DNA from: an uncultured delta proteobacterium
GTDB taxonomy: Bacteria; Desulfobacterota; Binatia; UTPRO1
Reading direction: 5' to 3'
Length of the DNA: 64,000 nucleotides
Assembly: GCA_963753325.1 (NCBI GenBank)
Contig: CAVWBS010000003.1
Coordinates: 963,979 to 1,027,978, forward strand
Shown: in pieces, positions 7,707-18,109 of the stretch
How the letters are laid out: each line of letters begins with the position of its first letter
Position numbering within the stretch: the stretch's first letter is position 1
Program-made: the position numbers and the translations under genes
The notes under the pieces: model-generated
Told to the model about the DNA's origin: nothing
Databases searched by the model: none
Seen by the model: only the letters and a program-made list of their open reading frames with translations

Positions 7707-10700
7707 ATGCGCGTGACGTACACCTTCGGCGGCCTGACGCTCGACGAGGCGCTGTACGAGCTGCGCCGCGGACCGATGGCGGTCAAGCTCGAGCCCAAGG
7801 TCTTCGACGTCCTGGTGCATTTGTTGCGGCACCGTGAGCGGGTCGTCTCCAAGGACGAGCTCCTCGCCGAGCTGTGGCCGGGCGAGCACGTGAGCGAGTC
7901 GGTGCTGCCCCGCTGCATCACGGCGCTGCGCAAGGCCGTCGGCGACACGGCCGCGGGTCAGCGGGTGATCCAGACGGTACACGGCCGCGGATACCGGTTC
8001 ATCGCGCCGATCGAGATCGCGGCGCCGAGCGCCGAGGCGTCGCTCGCGCGCGAGGAGGGTCAGGCGGAGCCGGCGCGCGGGATCTTCGCCGGGCGCGAGG
8101 ACGCCATGGCGAAGCTGCGGCGGGCGCTCGCCGACGCGCTCGCCGGCTCCGGCCGCCTCGTGCTCCTGCTGGGCGAGCCCGGAATCGGCAAGACGCGCAC
8201 CGCCGAGGAGATCGCGGTCGACGGACGACGCGCCGGCGCGCTCGTCCTCACCGGCCGCTGCTACGAGGGGGACGGCGCGCCGGCGTTCTGGCCGTGGCTG
8301 CAGATCCTGCGTGCGGCGGGCGCGGCGCCCGAGGCGTCGGCCGTGCTGGCACGGCTCGGCGGCGGCGCCGCAGACGTGGCGCAGCTCGTGCCCGAGCTGT
8401 TCGAGACGCCCGTCGAGCGGCCGGCGTCCGCCCTCGCGCCCGAGCAGGCGCGCTTTCGGCTGTTCGATGCGGTGAGCTGCCTGTTGCGCGCGCTCGCCGC
8501 GACCCGGCCGCTCGTCCTCGTGCTCGACGACCTGCATTGGGCCGACAAGCCGTCCCTGCTGCTGCTCCAGTTTCTCGCGCGCGAGATGGGCGCGATGCGC
8601 GTCCTGCTGGTCGCGACGTATCGTGACGTCGAGCTGCGCCGCCAGCATCCGCTCGCGGCCACGCTCGGGGAGCTGGCGCGCGAGCCGCTCTGCTCGCGCC
8701 TCATCCTGCGAGGCCTCGCGCCGTCGGACGTCGGGACGTTCCTCGCCACCGTCACGGGCGCGCCGCCGACGGAGCGGACGATCGCCACGATCTACGACAT
8801 GACCGAGGGCAATCCCTTCTTCATCGGCGAGATCGTGCGCTTGCTGCTCGATCGCGGGCAAATCGACGCCGGCGACGACCCGGGCTGGGGGTTGACGTTG
8901 CCACAAGGGGTGCGCGAGGCGATCGGCCGGCGCCTCGGTGCGCTGTCCGAGGAGTGCAACCGGGTGCTCACTCTGGCGGCGGTGCTCGGCCGCGAGTTCC
9001 GGCTGGGCGAGTTGCGCGCCCTCGCGGAGCTCGACGCCGCGCGTTTGCTCGAGGTGCTGCACGAGGCGGTCGATGCGCGCATCGTCGCGCCCGTGCTGCG
9101 CGGCAGCGGCGAACGCGCCGTCACGCGCTACGCGTTCGTCCATGCGCTCATCCGCGAGACGCTGTACGAGGAGCTGACCGCCCCGATGCGCTTGCGCCAG
9201 CACCAGCGGGCGGGAGAGGTGCTCGAGGAGGCGCACGCCGCCGACCGCGTTCCCGTGCTCGCCGAGCTGGCGCATCACTTCTATCAGGCGGCGGCCGCGG
9301 GGCAGGCCGAGAAGGCCATTACCTACGCGATCGCGGCGGCCGAGCGCGCCTCGGCCGGCCTGGCGTACGAGGAGGCGGCGGGCCACTACGAGCGCGCGCT
9401 CGAGGCGCTCGACTGCGCGACGCGGCGCGACGACGAGCGCCGCGCGCTCCTGCTGCTCGGCCTCGGCGAGGCGCGCATGGGCGGGCGCGAGCGCGAGGCT
9501 GCGCGGGCGACGTTCCGCGGCGCCGCGGCGGTGGCACGCGTCCTCGGCCGTCCGGATCTGCTGGCTCGTGCGGCGCTCGGCTTCGGGGGCCGGGCCGAGT
9601 TCGGCATCGGACAGGACCCGGAGGTGCGAACCCTGCTCGACGACGCGCTCGAGCGGCTTCCGCCCGGCGACATCCCGCTCCGCTCCCAGCTGCTCAGCCG
9701 GATGGTCGGCACGGTGCCCTACGGCGACTCGATGGCGACGCGTGACGCGCTCAGCGCCGAGGCGGTGGCGCTGGCGCGCCGCGCCGGGGATCCCGCGACG
9801 CTCGCTCAAGCGCTGAACGCACGGCATTGGGCGTTCCTCGGTCCGGATCGCCTGGAGCAACGTCGCACGCTCGGCGACGAGCTGCTGGCGCTCGCCGCGG
9901 ATACCGGGGAGAAGGCCTGGGCGTTCGCCGCGCACGACATCCACTTCACGGCGCTCCTCGGCCTCGGCGACATCTCCGCGGCCGACCGTGAGCTCGACGT
10001 GCTGGGACGCCTCGCCGCCGAGCTGCGGCAGCCGTTGGAGCAATGGTTCGTTGCCTGGTACCGGGCCAGCCGCGCCATCGGCGACGGGCGATTCGACGAG
10101 GGCGAGCGCTGGCTGCGCGAGGGACTCGCGATCGGGGAGCGGGCGCAGCATCCGGCCGCGGTGCCGGCCTTCCGTGGGCAGATGCTGTGGCTGCGCGGCG
10201 AGCAGGGACGCAGCGAGGACATCGCCGAGGTCGAGGACGGACTGAGCTTCCTCCTGCCGCTGTCGCCGGGCACCCGGCCGATTTTGCAGAGCGCGCTCGT
10301 GAACCTCTACGTCGACCAGGGCCGCGTCGACGAAGCGCGCCGCGAGTTCGAGACGGTCGCGGCGCGCGCGTTCCAGGACGTCGAGCGCGACGAGCACTGG
10401 ATGGTGACGATGGCGATGGCGGCCGAGGCCGTCTCGGACCTCGACGACGCCGGCCGGGCGCCGCAGGTGTACGCGCTGCTGGAGCCGTTCGCCGAGCGCA
10501 ACGTCGTCCATGATCTGCTCCGCGCCTACCGCGGCTCGACCGCGCTGTACCTCGCGCTCGCCGCGGGGGCGATGCGCGAGTGGGAGCTCGCCGCCCGGCA
10601 CTTCGAGCAGGCGCTGGTGACGAACGCGCGCCTCGGCAGCCGCCCGTGCGGTGCGCGTGCCGAGTACGAGTACGCGCGCATGCTGCTCCTCCGCGGCCGG

Positions 10701-10814
10701 CGACAGGATCGAAGCCGGGCCCGCGGCCTGCTGGCGAGCGCACTCGCGACGGCCGGGGCCCTCGGCATGCGGCGGCTCGAGGCGAAGGTCGCCGCCACGA
10801 CCGTTCCCCGATGA
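7707..10814 (+). CDS. Large transcriptional regulator: OmpR-type winged helix + AAA/STAND ATPase + TPR-like C-terminus
   Basis: LEPKVFDVLVHL...QTVHGRGYRF, Walker A GEPGIGKT, Walker B LVLDDLHWAD, TEGNPFF. Confidence 0.9.
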   Translation: MRVTYTFGGLTLDEALYELRRGPMAVKLEPKVFDVLVHLLRHRERVVSKDELLAELWPGEHVSESVLPRCITALRKAVGDTAAGQRVIQTVHGRGYRFIAPIEIAAPSAEASLAREEGQAEPARGIFAGREDAMAKLRRALADALAGSGRLVLLLGEPGIGKTRTAEEIAVDGRRAGALVLTGRCYEGDGAPAFWPWLQILRAAGAAPEASAVLARLGGGAADVAQLVPELFETPVERPASALAPEQARFRLFDAVSCLLRALAATRPLVLVLDDLHWADKPSLLLLQFLAREMGAMRVLLVATYRDVELRRQHPLAATLGELAREPLCSRLILRGLAPSDVGTFLATVTGAPPTERTIATIYDMTEGNPFFIGEIVRLLLDRGQIDAGDDPGWGLTLPQGVREAIGRRLGALSEECNRVLTLAAVLGREFRLGELRALAELDAARLLEVLHEAVDARIVAPVLRGSGERAVTRYAFVHALIRETLYEELTAPMRLRQHQRAGEVLEEAHAADRVPVLAELAHHFYQAAAAGQAEKAITYAIAAAERASAGLAYEEAAGHYERALEALDCATRRDDERRALLLLGLGEARMGGREREAARATFRGAAAVARVLGRPDLLARAALGFGGRAEFGIGQDPEVRTLLDDALERLPPGDIPLRSQLLSRMVGTVPYGDSMATRDALSAEAVALARRAGDPATLAQALNARHWAFLGPDRLEQRRTLGDELLALAADTGEKAWAFAAHDIHFTALLGLGDISAADRELDVLGRLAAELRQPLEQWFVAWYRASRAIGDGRFDEGERWLREGLAIGERAQHPAAVPAFRGQMLWLRGEQGRSEDIAEVEDGLSFLLPLSPGTRPILQSALVNLYVDQGRVDEARREFETVAARAFQDVERDEHWMVTMAMAAEAVSDLDDAGRAPQVYALLEPFAERNVVHDLLRAYRGSTALYLALAAGAMREWELAARHFEQALVTNARLGSRPCGARAEYEYARMLLLRGRRQDRSRARGLLASALATAGALGMRRLEAKVAATTVPR

Positions 10815-10907
10815 ACGATCAGGCGATCCGAAGGAAATCGTCAACAACCCGTCGAGACACGGTGGTATCCGCCGGCCTATCGTCCGGGGCAGAGGAGGTA
10901 CCACTCG

Positions 10908-11681
10908 ATGGATGCGATTCCCGCCGTCGGTCCGCCGCCGCCCGTGCGCATCGAATGGCGTCGCGCGTTCCACGCGATCCGCGACCTGCTCGCCGACCCC
11001 GACCGCACGGAGCTCGCCTTCGAGGCGGTGTCGGCGGTGTCCGCGCGCGATTTCGAGCGCCTGTTCCGGCGCTTCCTCGCCGATCCCGAGGGACGGCGTC
11101 TCTTCGCCGAGCGTCCGTCGCTGCTCGCGGCGCTCAGCGATCGGGCCCGTCTCCGCGCCCTGCCTGAGGGCAGCTTCGGCCGCGCATACGCGGCGTTCAT
11201 GGACGCCGCCCAGCTCACGGCCGACGGCCTGGTCGAGGCCGATCTCGCCTCCGAGGAAGCGCTCGGCGTCGACGTTCGCGATCCGGATCGGCACTGGTTC
11301 TCGGAGCGCCTGCGCGACATGCACGACCTCTGGCACGTCCTGAGCGGCTACGGGCGTGACGAGGCCGGCGAGGCCGCGAACCTGGCCTTCTCGTACGCGC
11401 AGATGCCGTTTCGCGGCATCGTGCTGATCCTCATCGCCGTGGCGCTCCACGAGCCGCACGGCGGCCGGGTCGCCTGGCCGCGGTATCTCCTGCGCGCGTG
11501 GCGCCGCGGCCGACGCGCGCGGCCGCTCGTCCTGGCGCGCTACGAGGATCTGCTCGCCCGGCCGCTCGACGAGGTGCGCCGCGCGCTCGGCATCGAGCCG
11601 GCTTCGGTCGCGCATCCCGCCGGCATCGTCGTCGCCCACCGACACTCGCGCGCGGCGCTGGCGGCGGCCTCCGCCGGCTGA
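10908..11681 (+). CDS. COQ4-like protein
   Basis: LRALPEGSFGRAY and RLRDMHDLWHVLSGYGRDEAGE (HDxxH-x11-E Zn motif). Confidence 0.85.
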   Translation: MDAIPAVGPPPPVRIEWRRAFHAIRDLLADPDRTELAFEAVSAVSARDFERLFRRFLADPEGRRLFAERPSLLAALSDRARLRALPEGSFGRAYAAFMDAAQLTADGLVEADLASEEALGVDVRDPDRHWFSERLRDMHDLWHVLSGYGRDEAGEAANLAFSYAQMPFRGIVLILIAVALHEPHGGRVAWPRYLLRAWRRGRRARPLVLARYEDLLARPLDEVRRALGIEPASVAHPAGIVVAHRHSRAALAAASAG

Positions 11682-11814
11682 CCGCGCGCCCGGTGTAGAA
11701 CCTCCGGCGCACGAGGGCGGCCTCCGTACGCGGACGATTGCGTAGCATCGCTCGGCGCGCGAGGATGGCCATGGTGCCGAGCCTCGTTCGCGTCCCGCGC
11801 TTCCGCCCGCCGTC

Positions 11815-14016
11815 GTGAGCCGCCGCGCGCTACGACTCCTGGCGACGCGAGTCGGCATCCTGCCGTGCTACGTGGACCAGGGCGGCGTTGTGCGCCACGC
11901 GACCGACGCGACACGGGTGGCGCTCCTCACCGCGATGGGCATCGCCGCGGCCGACGAGGGGCACGCGCGCGCCTCGCTGCAGGCGCTCGCAGCGGCGGAC
12001 ACCGAGCGGATGCTGGAGCCGTCGCGGGTCGTCGCCCCGCAGGCCGCCCGCTCGACGACGTTTCGCGTGCCGTCCGGGCGCGCCGCGGACCGCCGGCGCT
12101 GGTCGCTCGAGGTGATCGACGAGGCGGGGGAGACGCGGCGCGCCGAAGGCGTGCTGCGTGCGGGAGGCGCGAGCGTGCGGCTCCGGCTGCCACGGACGCC
12201 GGCGCCGGGCTACTATCGGCTGCTGCTCCGCGTCGGCACCGGCGTCGGGGAGCGAACGGCCGAGCAGGCGCTGATCGTCACCCCGGCGCGCTGCACGACC
12301 GCGGCCGATGTCGGCGTGCGACGGGTCTTCGGCCTGCTCGCCAATCTCTATACGCTGCGCGGCGGGCGCAATTGGGGCGCAGGTGATTTCGGCGATCTGC
12401 GCGCGCTCGTCGATTTCACGGGTGCCCTCGGGGGCGCCTTCGTCGGCGTCAATCCACTCCACGCGCTCGCCAACCGCGCCGACGAGATCAGCCCCTACAG
12501 CCCGCTCAGCCGCCTCTACCGCAATCCGCTCTATGTCGACGTCGACGCCGTTCCGGAGCTGCGGGAGGCGCACGCGGCGCGCGCCCGCCTGGCGCAGCCA
12601 CGCACGCGTGCCGCGCTGGCGCGACTGCGTGCCGCGCCGCACGTCGACTACGCCGGGGTGATGCGGGAGAAGGACGCCGTGCTGCGTACGCTGCACCGCG
12701 TGTTCGCGGCGCGGCACCGCGGGCGCGGGACCGCGCGCGGCACGGCGTACGCGCGCTATCTCGCGCGCGAAGGCGCGGCGCTCGTCGACTTCGCGACGTT
12801 TCTCGCGCTGCGCGCGCAGCTCTCGGCCGATGGCCGCGTCCGCCGCGACTGGCACCGCTGGCGGCCGGCGTACCGCGATCCCCGCGGGCGTGCCGTCCGC
12901 GACTTCCGCGCCGCGCATGCGGAGGCGGTCGACTACCATTGCTGGGTGCAGTTCGAGCTCGATCGTCAGCTGGAGGCGGTCGCGACCCGCGCCGGCGCGG
13001 CGGGGCTCGCGATCGGCGTGTATCAGGACCTCGCCCTCGGATCGTCGCCGTTCGGCGCCGATCCGTGGGCCTTCCCGGGCCTGTTCCTGCAGGATGGGGT
13101 CGCGGTCGGCGCGCCAGCCGACACGCTCGGACCCGAGGGGCAGAACTGGGGGCTGCCGCCGATCGATCCGCTGGCGCTGGCGCGCGGCGGATACGCGTAC
13201 TGGATTCGCCTGCTGCGCGCCGCGTTCCGTCATGCCGGCGCGCTGCGTGTCGACCACGTCATGGGGCTCTTCCGCCAGTTCTGGATTCCCGCCGGCCGCC
13301 CCGGCTCCGAAGGCGCCTACGTGCGGATGCCGTCTGCGGATCTCCTCGGCATCCTCGCGCTGGAGAGCCGCCGCGCCGGTGCGCTCGTGATCGGAGAGGA
13401 CCTCGGGACCGTGCCGCGCGGGCTCGCGCGCGTGCTCGCGCGTTGGGGGATCCTCTCCACCCGCGTCCTGACGTTCGAGCGCGACCGCCGCGGAACGTAC
13501 CGCGCGGCGCGCGCCTATCTGCCGCGCGCCCTCGTCTGCGCCAATACCCACGACATGGCGCCGCTCGCCGGATTCTTGCGTGGCCGCGATCTCGCGCTGC
13601 GGCGGCGCGTCGGCTCGATCCCCTCCGACGAGGCCCTCGCGGCCGCGCAGCGGGCCCGCGAGCGCGATGGCGCGGCGCTCGTCCGCCGTCTGCGGGCGGA
13701 CGGTCTCCTGCGCGACGGCGCGCCGCCCTCCGACCCGATCCTCTGCGGTGCCGTGCACACGTTCCTCGCCCGGACGCCGGCGCGGCTTCTCGGCCTCGGA
13801 CTCGACGATCTCGCCGGCGAGCGGGATCCCGTGAACCTGCCCGGGGTCGGGCTCGAGGCCTTTCCGAGCTGGAGCCGCAAGATGACGCGCGCGCTCCCGG
13901 ATCTGGCCCGCGCCGCCGACGTCCGCGTGGCGCTCGGCGACGTGCCGCGCGTGCGCCCGCCGCCTACGGGGCGACGGTCTCGACCTCGGCGGCGAGGGCG
14001 AAGTCGCGCTCGGTGA
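11815..14016 (+). CDS. malQ: 4-alpha-glucanotransferase (amylomaltase, GH77)
   Basis: SPYSPLSR, YQDLALG, GQNWGLPP, LRVDHVMG, IGEDLGTVP, NTHDM, NLPG...W motifs. Confidence 0.93.
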   Translation: MSRRALRLLATRVGILPCYVDQGGVVRHATDATRVALLTAMGIAAADEGHARASLQALAAADTERMLEPSRVVAPQAARSTTFRVPSGRAADRRRWSLEVIDEAGETRRAEGVLRAGGASVRLRLPRTPAPGYYRLLLRVGTGVGERTAEQALIVTPARCTTAADVGVRRVFGLLANLYTLRGGRNWGAGDFGDLRALVDFTGALGGAFVGVNPLHALANRADEISPYSPLSRLYRNPLYVDVDAVPELREAHAARARLAQPRTRAALARLRAAPHVDYAGVMREKDAVLRTLHRVFAARHRGRGTARGTAYARYLAREGAALVDFATFLALRAQLSADGRVRRDWHRWRPAYRDPRGRAVRDFRAAHAEAVDYHCWVQFELDRQLEAVATRAGAAGLAIGVYQDLALGSSPFGADPWAFPGLFLQDGVAVGAPADTLGPEGQNWGLPPIDPLALARGGYAYWIRLLRAAFRHAGALRVDHVMGLFRQFWIPAGRPGSEGAYVRMPSADLLGILALESRRAGALVIGEDLGTVPRGLARVLARWGILSTRVLTFERDRRGTYRAARAYLPRALVCANTHDMAPLAGFLRGRDLALRRRVGSIPSDEALAAAQRARERDGAALVRRLRADGLLRDGAPPSDPILCGAVHTFLARTPARLLGLGLDDLAGERDPVNLPGVGLEAFPSWSRKMTRALPDLARAADVRVALGDVPRVRPPPTGRRSRPRRRGRSRAR

Positions 14017-14245
14017 GGCCGTGCGCCGCGTGCGTCGAGAGGGTGAGCGTGACGCGGTCGTAGCGGATCAGGATGTCCGGGTGGTGATCGGCGGCGTCGG
14101 CGATCGCGGCCACCTTGTCGACGAAGCCGATCGCGGCCGTGAAGGTCGGGAAGCGGAACGTCTTGTGGATCGCGCGCCCGTCGAGCGTCCAGCCGGGCAG
14201 GGCGCGCATGCGTGAGTCGATCTCGGCTGCCGTGAGCGGGGTCAT
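13964..14245 (-). CDS. phhB: Pterin-4-alpha-carbinolamine dehydratase
   Basis: LPGW...KTFRFPTF...AADHHPDI...LSTHAAHGLTERDF; 93 aa from ATG 14245; tail overlaps malQ by 53 bp. Confidence 0.92.
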   Translation of the reverse strand: MTPLTAAEIDSRMRALPGWTLDGRAIHKTFRFPTFTAAIGFVDKVAAIADAADHHPDILIRYDRVTLTLSTHAAHGLTERDFALAAEVETVAP

Positions 14246-14366
14246 CGGATGCGTCCGCGCGGTATTGGATTCACGACTCATGCCTACTCGGCCGTCGATG
14301 GTCAGGCAAGCCGACGCGGGGTTCGCGGCTAGTGGCCGCGCACACCCCTCCGCTATGATGGGCGTC

Positions 14367-15452
14367 ATGGCCAGAGTCCGGACTCCGCAGACCGACGATC
14401 TCCTCGGCCGCCTGCTCGAGCAGGCCGGCGAGCTCACGCACCCGCGTCAGGAGCAGTACCTGCGCGAGATCCTCACGACCGTGACGCGTCTCGTCCGCGA
14501 CCGCACGTCGCTCGGCGATCTGAAGCTCATCAACAGCGCCTTGAAGGAGATGCGCTACTCGTTCAAGGTGTTCGCGCCCTATCGGACGGTGCGCAAGGTC
14601 AGCACCTTCGGGTCCGCGCGTACGCTCGAGTCGGCGCCCGAGTACCGGCAGGCGCGCGAGTTCGCCGAGCGCATCTGCCGCGAGGGCTACATGCTGCTCA
14701 CCGGCGCGGGCGGCGGCATCATGCGTGCCTGCCAGGAGGGGTCCGGGCGCGACCGCAGCTTCGGCGTCAACATCCGTCTGCCGTTCGAGCAGGAGCCGAA
14801 CGAGTTCATCTCGCGCGACCCCAAGCTGGTCTCGTTCAAGTACTTCTTCACGCGCAAGCTCGTCTTCATCAAGGAGGCGGACGCGATCGTCCTCTTTCCC
14901 GGCGGGTTCGGCACCCACGACGAGGGCTTCGAGTCGCTCACCCTGGTGCAGACGGGCAAGTCGCGTCCCATGCCGATCGTCTTCCTCGATGCGCCGCGCG
15001 GCACCTACTGGAAGACGTGGAAGCGCTACGTCGAGGACCACCTCCTGCGCCGCGGCCTCATCTCGCCCGAGGACATGGGCCTCTTCACGGTGACGGACAA
15101 CATCGACGAGGCCGTCGCGGAGATCAAGACGTTCTACCGCGTCTACCACTCGTCGCGGTACGTCGGCGATCGCTTCGTCATCCGGCTGAACGCGCCGCTC
15201 GCGCCTTCGATCGTCGACGAGCTGAACCGCGACTTCGCCGACATCCTGAAGGACGGTGTCTTCGAGGTCGGCGCCGCGCTCGCCGAGGAGGAGAGCGAGC
15301 CGGAGATCGCGCACCTCCCGCGGCTCGTGTTCCGCTTCAATCGCCTGCGTTTCGGGCGGCTGCGCGCCATGATCGACCGCATCAACGTCGAAGGGCCGAC
15401 GCCCACCGCCGAGGCGCCCGCCAGCCACACCGCCGAGGGCGGCCTCGTCTAG
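14367..15452 (+). CDS. LOG family (TIGR00730-like) nucleotide phosphoribohydrolase with C-terminal extension
   Basis: FGSART, TGAGGGIM, FKYFFTRK and FPGGFGTHDE motifs. Confidence 0.88.
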   Translation: MARVRTPQTDDLLGRLLEQAGELTHPRQEQYLREILTTVTRLVRDRTSLGDLKLINSALKEMRYSFKVFAPYRTVRKVSTFGSARTLESAPEYRQAREFAERICREGYMLLTGAGGGIMRACQEGSGRDRSFGVNIRLPFEQEPNEFISRDPKLVSFKYFFTRKLVFIKEADAIVLFPGGFGTHDEGFESLTLVQTGKSRPMPIVFLDAPRGTYWKTWKRYVEDHLLRRGLISPEDMGLFTVTDNIDEAVAEIKTFYRVYHSSRYVGDRFVIRLNAPLAPSIVDELNRDFADILKDGVFEVGAALAEEESEPEIAHLPRLVFRFNRLRFGRLRAMIDRINVEGPTPTAEAPASHTAEGGLV

Positions 15453-15508
15453 TCCGCCGGCGCGTCGAGATCGACGATGAAGACGGCCGGCGGCCGCGCG
15501 GGGATGAT

Positions 15509-15772
15509 CTAGCTGAGCGCCGGTTTGGACTCGGACGGATGGTCGTTGGCCGCGAGGAGGGCGCGCAGCAGCTCGGCCAAGGTCAGGACTTCCTGGTTGA
15601 CGCGGACGAACGACTCGACTGCCTGCAGCCATTCGGTGCGCAGGCTCTGCTGGTTGTCCGAAGGCAGATCGGGGTTGAGCGCGACGACCTTGCGCATGCC
15701 GCTGAGCAGCCCCTCGGAGACGCCGTAGAGGTGACGCGCGATATCGTTGAACGTGCCGGTATCGATGACCAT
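15509..15772 (-). CDS. Small helical hypothetical protein (87 aa)
   Basis: MVIDTGTFNDIARHLYG... has protein-like composition unlike the Arg/Ala-rich shadow ORFs; GGAG upstream. Confidence 0.6.
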   Translation of the reverse strand: MVIDTGTFNDIARHLYGVSEGLLSGMRKVVALNPDLPSDNQQSLRTEWLQAVESFVRVNQEVLTLAELLRALLAANDHPSESKPALS

Positions 15773-15972
15773 CGTCGGCGGAGACTCCAAGAACGATGCC
15801 AGGGCGCCGCGACGACCGGCGCGGGATTCCGCGGCCGGCACGCCGCTGCGCCGGCCTGCGGCGCCGCAGAATCTGCGCGACGTGCGGCGCGACTTGCACG
15901 GCTGCGATTTCCCTGGTCCGCGCGCCGGGCCTCGACAGGCGCGGGCGATCGCTATAGCGCTTGGCCTCACCG

Positions 15973-17400
15973 ATGGACAGGAGTGCGAAGACGGCGTCGG
16001 GCGCACGAGCGGTGGCAGGTCTCGTTCTCGTGCTGGCGGTCGGCTGCAGCCGCTCCGCCCCGTTGGTCGAGCGGCGACCGGGGCCGCCCCCGCCGACGAT
16101 CATCCGCGCGGTCGCGATCTACGACGGCGTCGCGGATCGGCGCACCTCGGTGCGCGACGTCCTCCTCGAGAACGGCCGGATCGCACGGATCGCGCCGCCC
16201 GGGACGATTCCCCGCGGCGCCGGGATGCAGCAGATCGACGGTGCCGGACGCACGCTGCTGCCCGGCCTGATCGACGTCCACGGCCACGTCGGCACCGGGA
16301 CGGCGCCGCCCTGGATCAACGCCTGGCCCGATCCGGTCCGGACCATGCAGGCCTACCTCTACTGCGGCGTCACCACCGTGCTCGATCCGGCGGATCTCGC
16401 CCCGGACGCGTTCACGCGTCGCGACGCGGTCGCGCGCGGCGAGATCCTCGGGCCGCGGATCTTCGCCTCGGGGCCGATGTTCACGGCGCCGGGCGGGCAT
16501 CCCGTACCGGTGGTGCGCGAGCTCACGCCGTGGTGGCTGCGCTGGTACGTCGTCCCGCGGCTGTCGCGCCAGGTCGCCACTCCCGCCGAGGGGCGCGCGG
16601 CGGTCGCGGCGCTCGCGGCGCAGCGGCCGGACGTGATCAAGGTGGCGGTCGACGCCGTTCCCCTGGGGGAGCCGGTCCTCGACCGCGAGACCCTGCGCGC
16701 GATCGTCGACGAGGCGCGGGCGCGCGGAATCCGGACGGTGGCGCACATCGGCACGACGGCCGACGCGCTCGAGGCCGCCGACGCGGGGGTCGCGGCGTGG
16801 ATGCACGGTGTCTACAAGGAGCGCATTCCGGACGAGGCCATCCCGCGCTTCATCGCCGCCCACATTCCCGAGGTGGCGACGCTCACCGTATTCGACAGCT
16901 ACGCCGACCTGTACGAGCAGCACCGCGAGGCGACGCCGCTCGAGCGCGAGACGGTGCCGCCGCGCATCCTCGGCTCGCTGGTGCCGCGGCCCCCCGGATA
17001 CCGCCCGGCGCCGGCGTACGAGGCGTACTTCAAGCTGCTCGCCGCCACGCGCGAGGCCCGTCGCGACAACGTCCGGCGCCTCCACGCCGCCGGCGTGACC
17101 ATCCTCGCGGGATCGGACGCGCAGACGGGGGTCTTCCCCGGCGCCGCTCTGCATCGCGAGCTCGGGGCGCTGGTGGCGGCGGGGCTGACGCCTGCGGAGG
17201 CGTTGCGTGCGGCGACGAGCGACGCGGCGCGCTTCGTGACCAATAGCCCGGACCCGGACTTCGGCTCGATCGCGATCGGCAAGGTCGCCGACCTCCTCCT
17301 CGTCGAGGGCGATCCCACGGCGGACATCGCCAACGTCTCGCGTATCGCCCACGTCCTCCTCGGCGGGGCGGATCTCGTGCGCCACCCGGTGGCGCCCTAG
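15973..17400 (+). CDS. Exported (lipoprotein-like) amidohydrolase family protein
   Basis: LVLAVGC lipobox-like signal, LLPGLIDVHGH, VAH, HG and AGSDA motifs. Confidence 0.88.
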   Translation: MDRSAKTASGARAVAGLVLVLAVGCSRSAPLVERRPGPPPPTIIRAVAIYDGVADRRTSVRDVLLENGRIARIAPPGTIPRGAGMQQIDGAGRTLLPGLIDVHGHVGTGTAPPWINAWPDPVRTMQAYLYCGVTTVLDPADLAPDAFTRRDAVARGEILGPRIFASGPMFTAPGGHPVPVVRELTPWWLRWYVVPRLSRQVATPAEGRAAVAALAAQRPDVIKVAVDAVPLGEPVLDRETLRAIVDEARARGIRTVAHIGTTADALEAADAGVAAWMHGVYKERIPDEAIPRFIAAHIPEVATLTVFDSYADLYEQHREATPLERETVPPRILGSLVPRPPGYRPAPAYEAYFKLLAATREARRDNVRRLHAAGVTILAGSDAQTGVFPGAALHRELGALVAAGLTPAEALRAATSDAARFVTNSPDPDFGSIAIGKVADLLLVEGDPTADIANVSRIAHVLLGGADLVRHPVAP

Positions 17401-17424
17401 GTAGGCCTCGGCGAGGACCTCGCG

Positions 17425-18024
17425 ATGATCATCGGACTCACGGGCGGCATCGGGTCGGGCAAGAGCCTGGTCGGCGCCATGCTCGCCGAGCTCGGCGCGC
17501 ACGTGATCGATACCGACAAGGTCGGTCACCGCGTGTACGCGCCCGGCAGCGAGGGCTGGCGCCGGCTCGTCGACGCCTTCGGCCGCGATATCGTCGCCGC
17601 CGACGGGACGATCGATCGCAAGCGTCTCGCCGCGCTGGTTTTCGCCGACCCCGCGCGCCGCCGCCTGCTGAACGCGATCGTCCACCCGCTGATCTTCCAG
17701 GAGATCGGGCGCGAGATCGGCGAGCGGCGGGCGGCCGGCTTCACGGGGCACGTCGTCCTCGAGGCCCCCGTGCTGCTGGAGGCCAAGGGGACCGGGCTCG
17801 TCGACCGCGTCTGGGTCGTCGCCGCGCCGCGCGCCGCGGTGCGCGATCGCCTCGCCGGCTCGCGCGACCTGAGCCCCGAGGAGATCGAGGCACGCATGGG
17901 GGCGCAGCTCTCCGACGCCGAGCGCCGCGCCCACGCGGACCTCGTGATCGAGAACGACGCGGACGTCGCCGCGCTGCGCGCCCGGGTCGAGCAGGCGTGG
18001 CGCACGCTCGACGCACCGCGCTGA
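17425..18024 (+). CDS. coaE: Dephospho-CoA kinase
   Basis: IIGLTGGIGSGKS, IDRKRLAALVF, LNAIVHP, AQLSDAER, AD.VIEN. Confidence 0.95.
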   Translation: MIIGLTGGIGSGKSLVGAMLAELGAHVIDTDKVGHRVYAPGSEGWRRLVDAFGRDIVAADGTIDRKRLAALVFADPARRRLLNAIVHPLIFQEIGREIGERRAAGFTGHVVLEAPVLLEAKGTGLVDRVWVVAAPRAAVRDRLAGSRDLSPEEIEARMGAQLSDAERRAHADLVIENDADVAALRARVEQAWRTLDAPR

Positions 18025-18063
18025 TCCGGGCGTTCGGGCGACGACGCCCCGTTGCTTGAACTT

Positions 18064-18091
18064 TTGCACGTGTGCTAATTCTTGCACGCGT
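18064..18091 (+). promoter_or_regulatory. Candidate tandem operator/promoter upstream of the TetR-Rieske operon
   Basis: TTGCACGTGT (18064-18073) and TTGCACGCGT (18082-18091) repeated at 18-bp spacing in an AT-rich patch. Confidence 0.45.
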
Positions 18092-18109
18092 TAAAGTTTC
18101 TCCTGCGCC

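Noticed and set aside
7209-11858. 1549-aa minus-strand ORF and the many other long Arg/Ala/Pro-rich ORFs in the track
   Set aside because: They lie antisense or off-frame to genes with clear family motifs and have no motifs of their own; these are the usual shadow ORFs of high-GC DNA.
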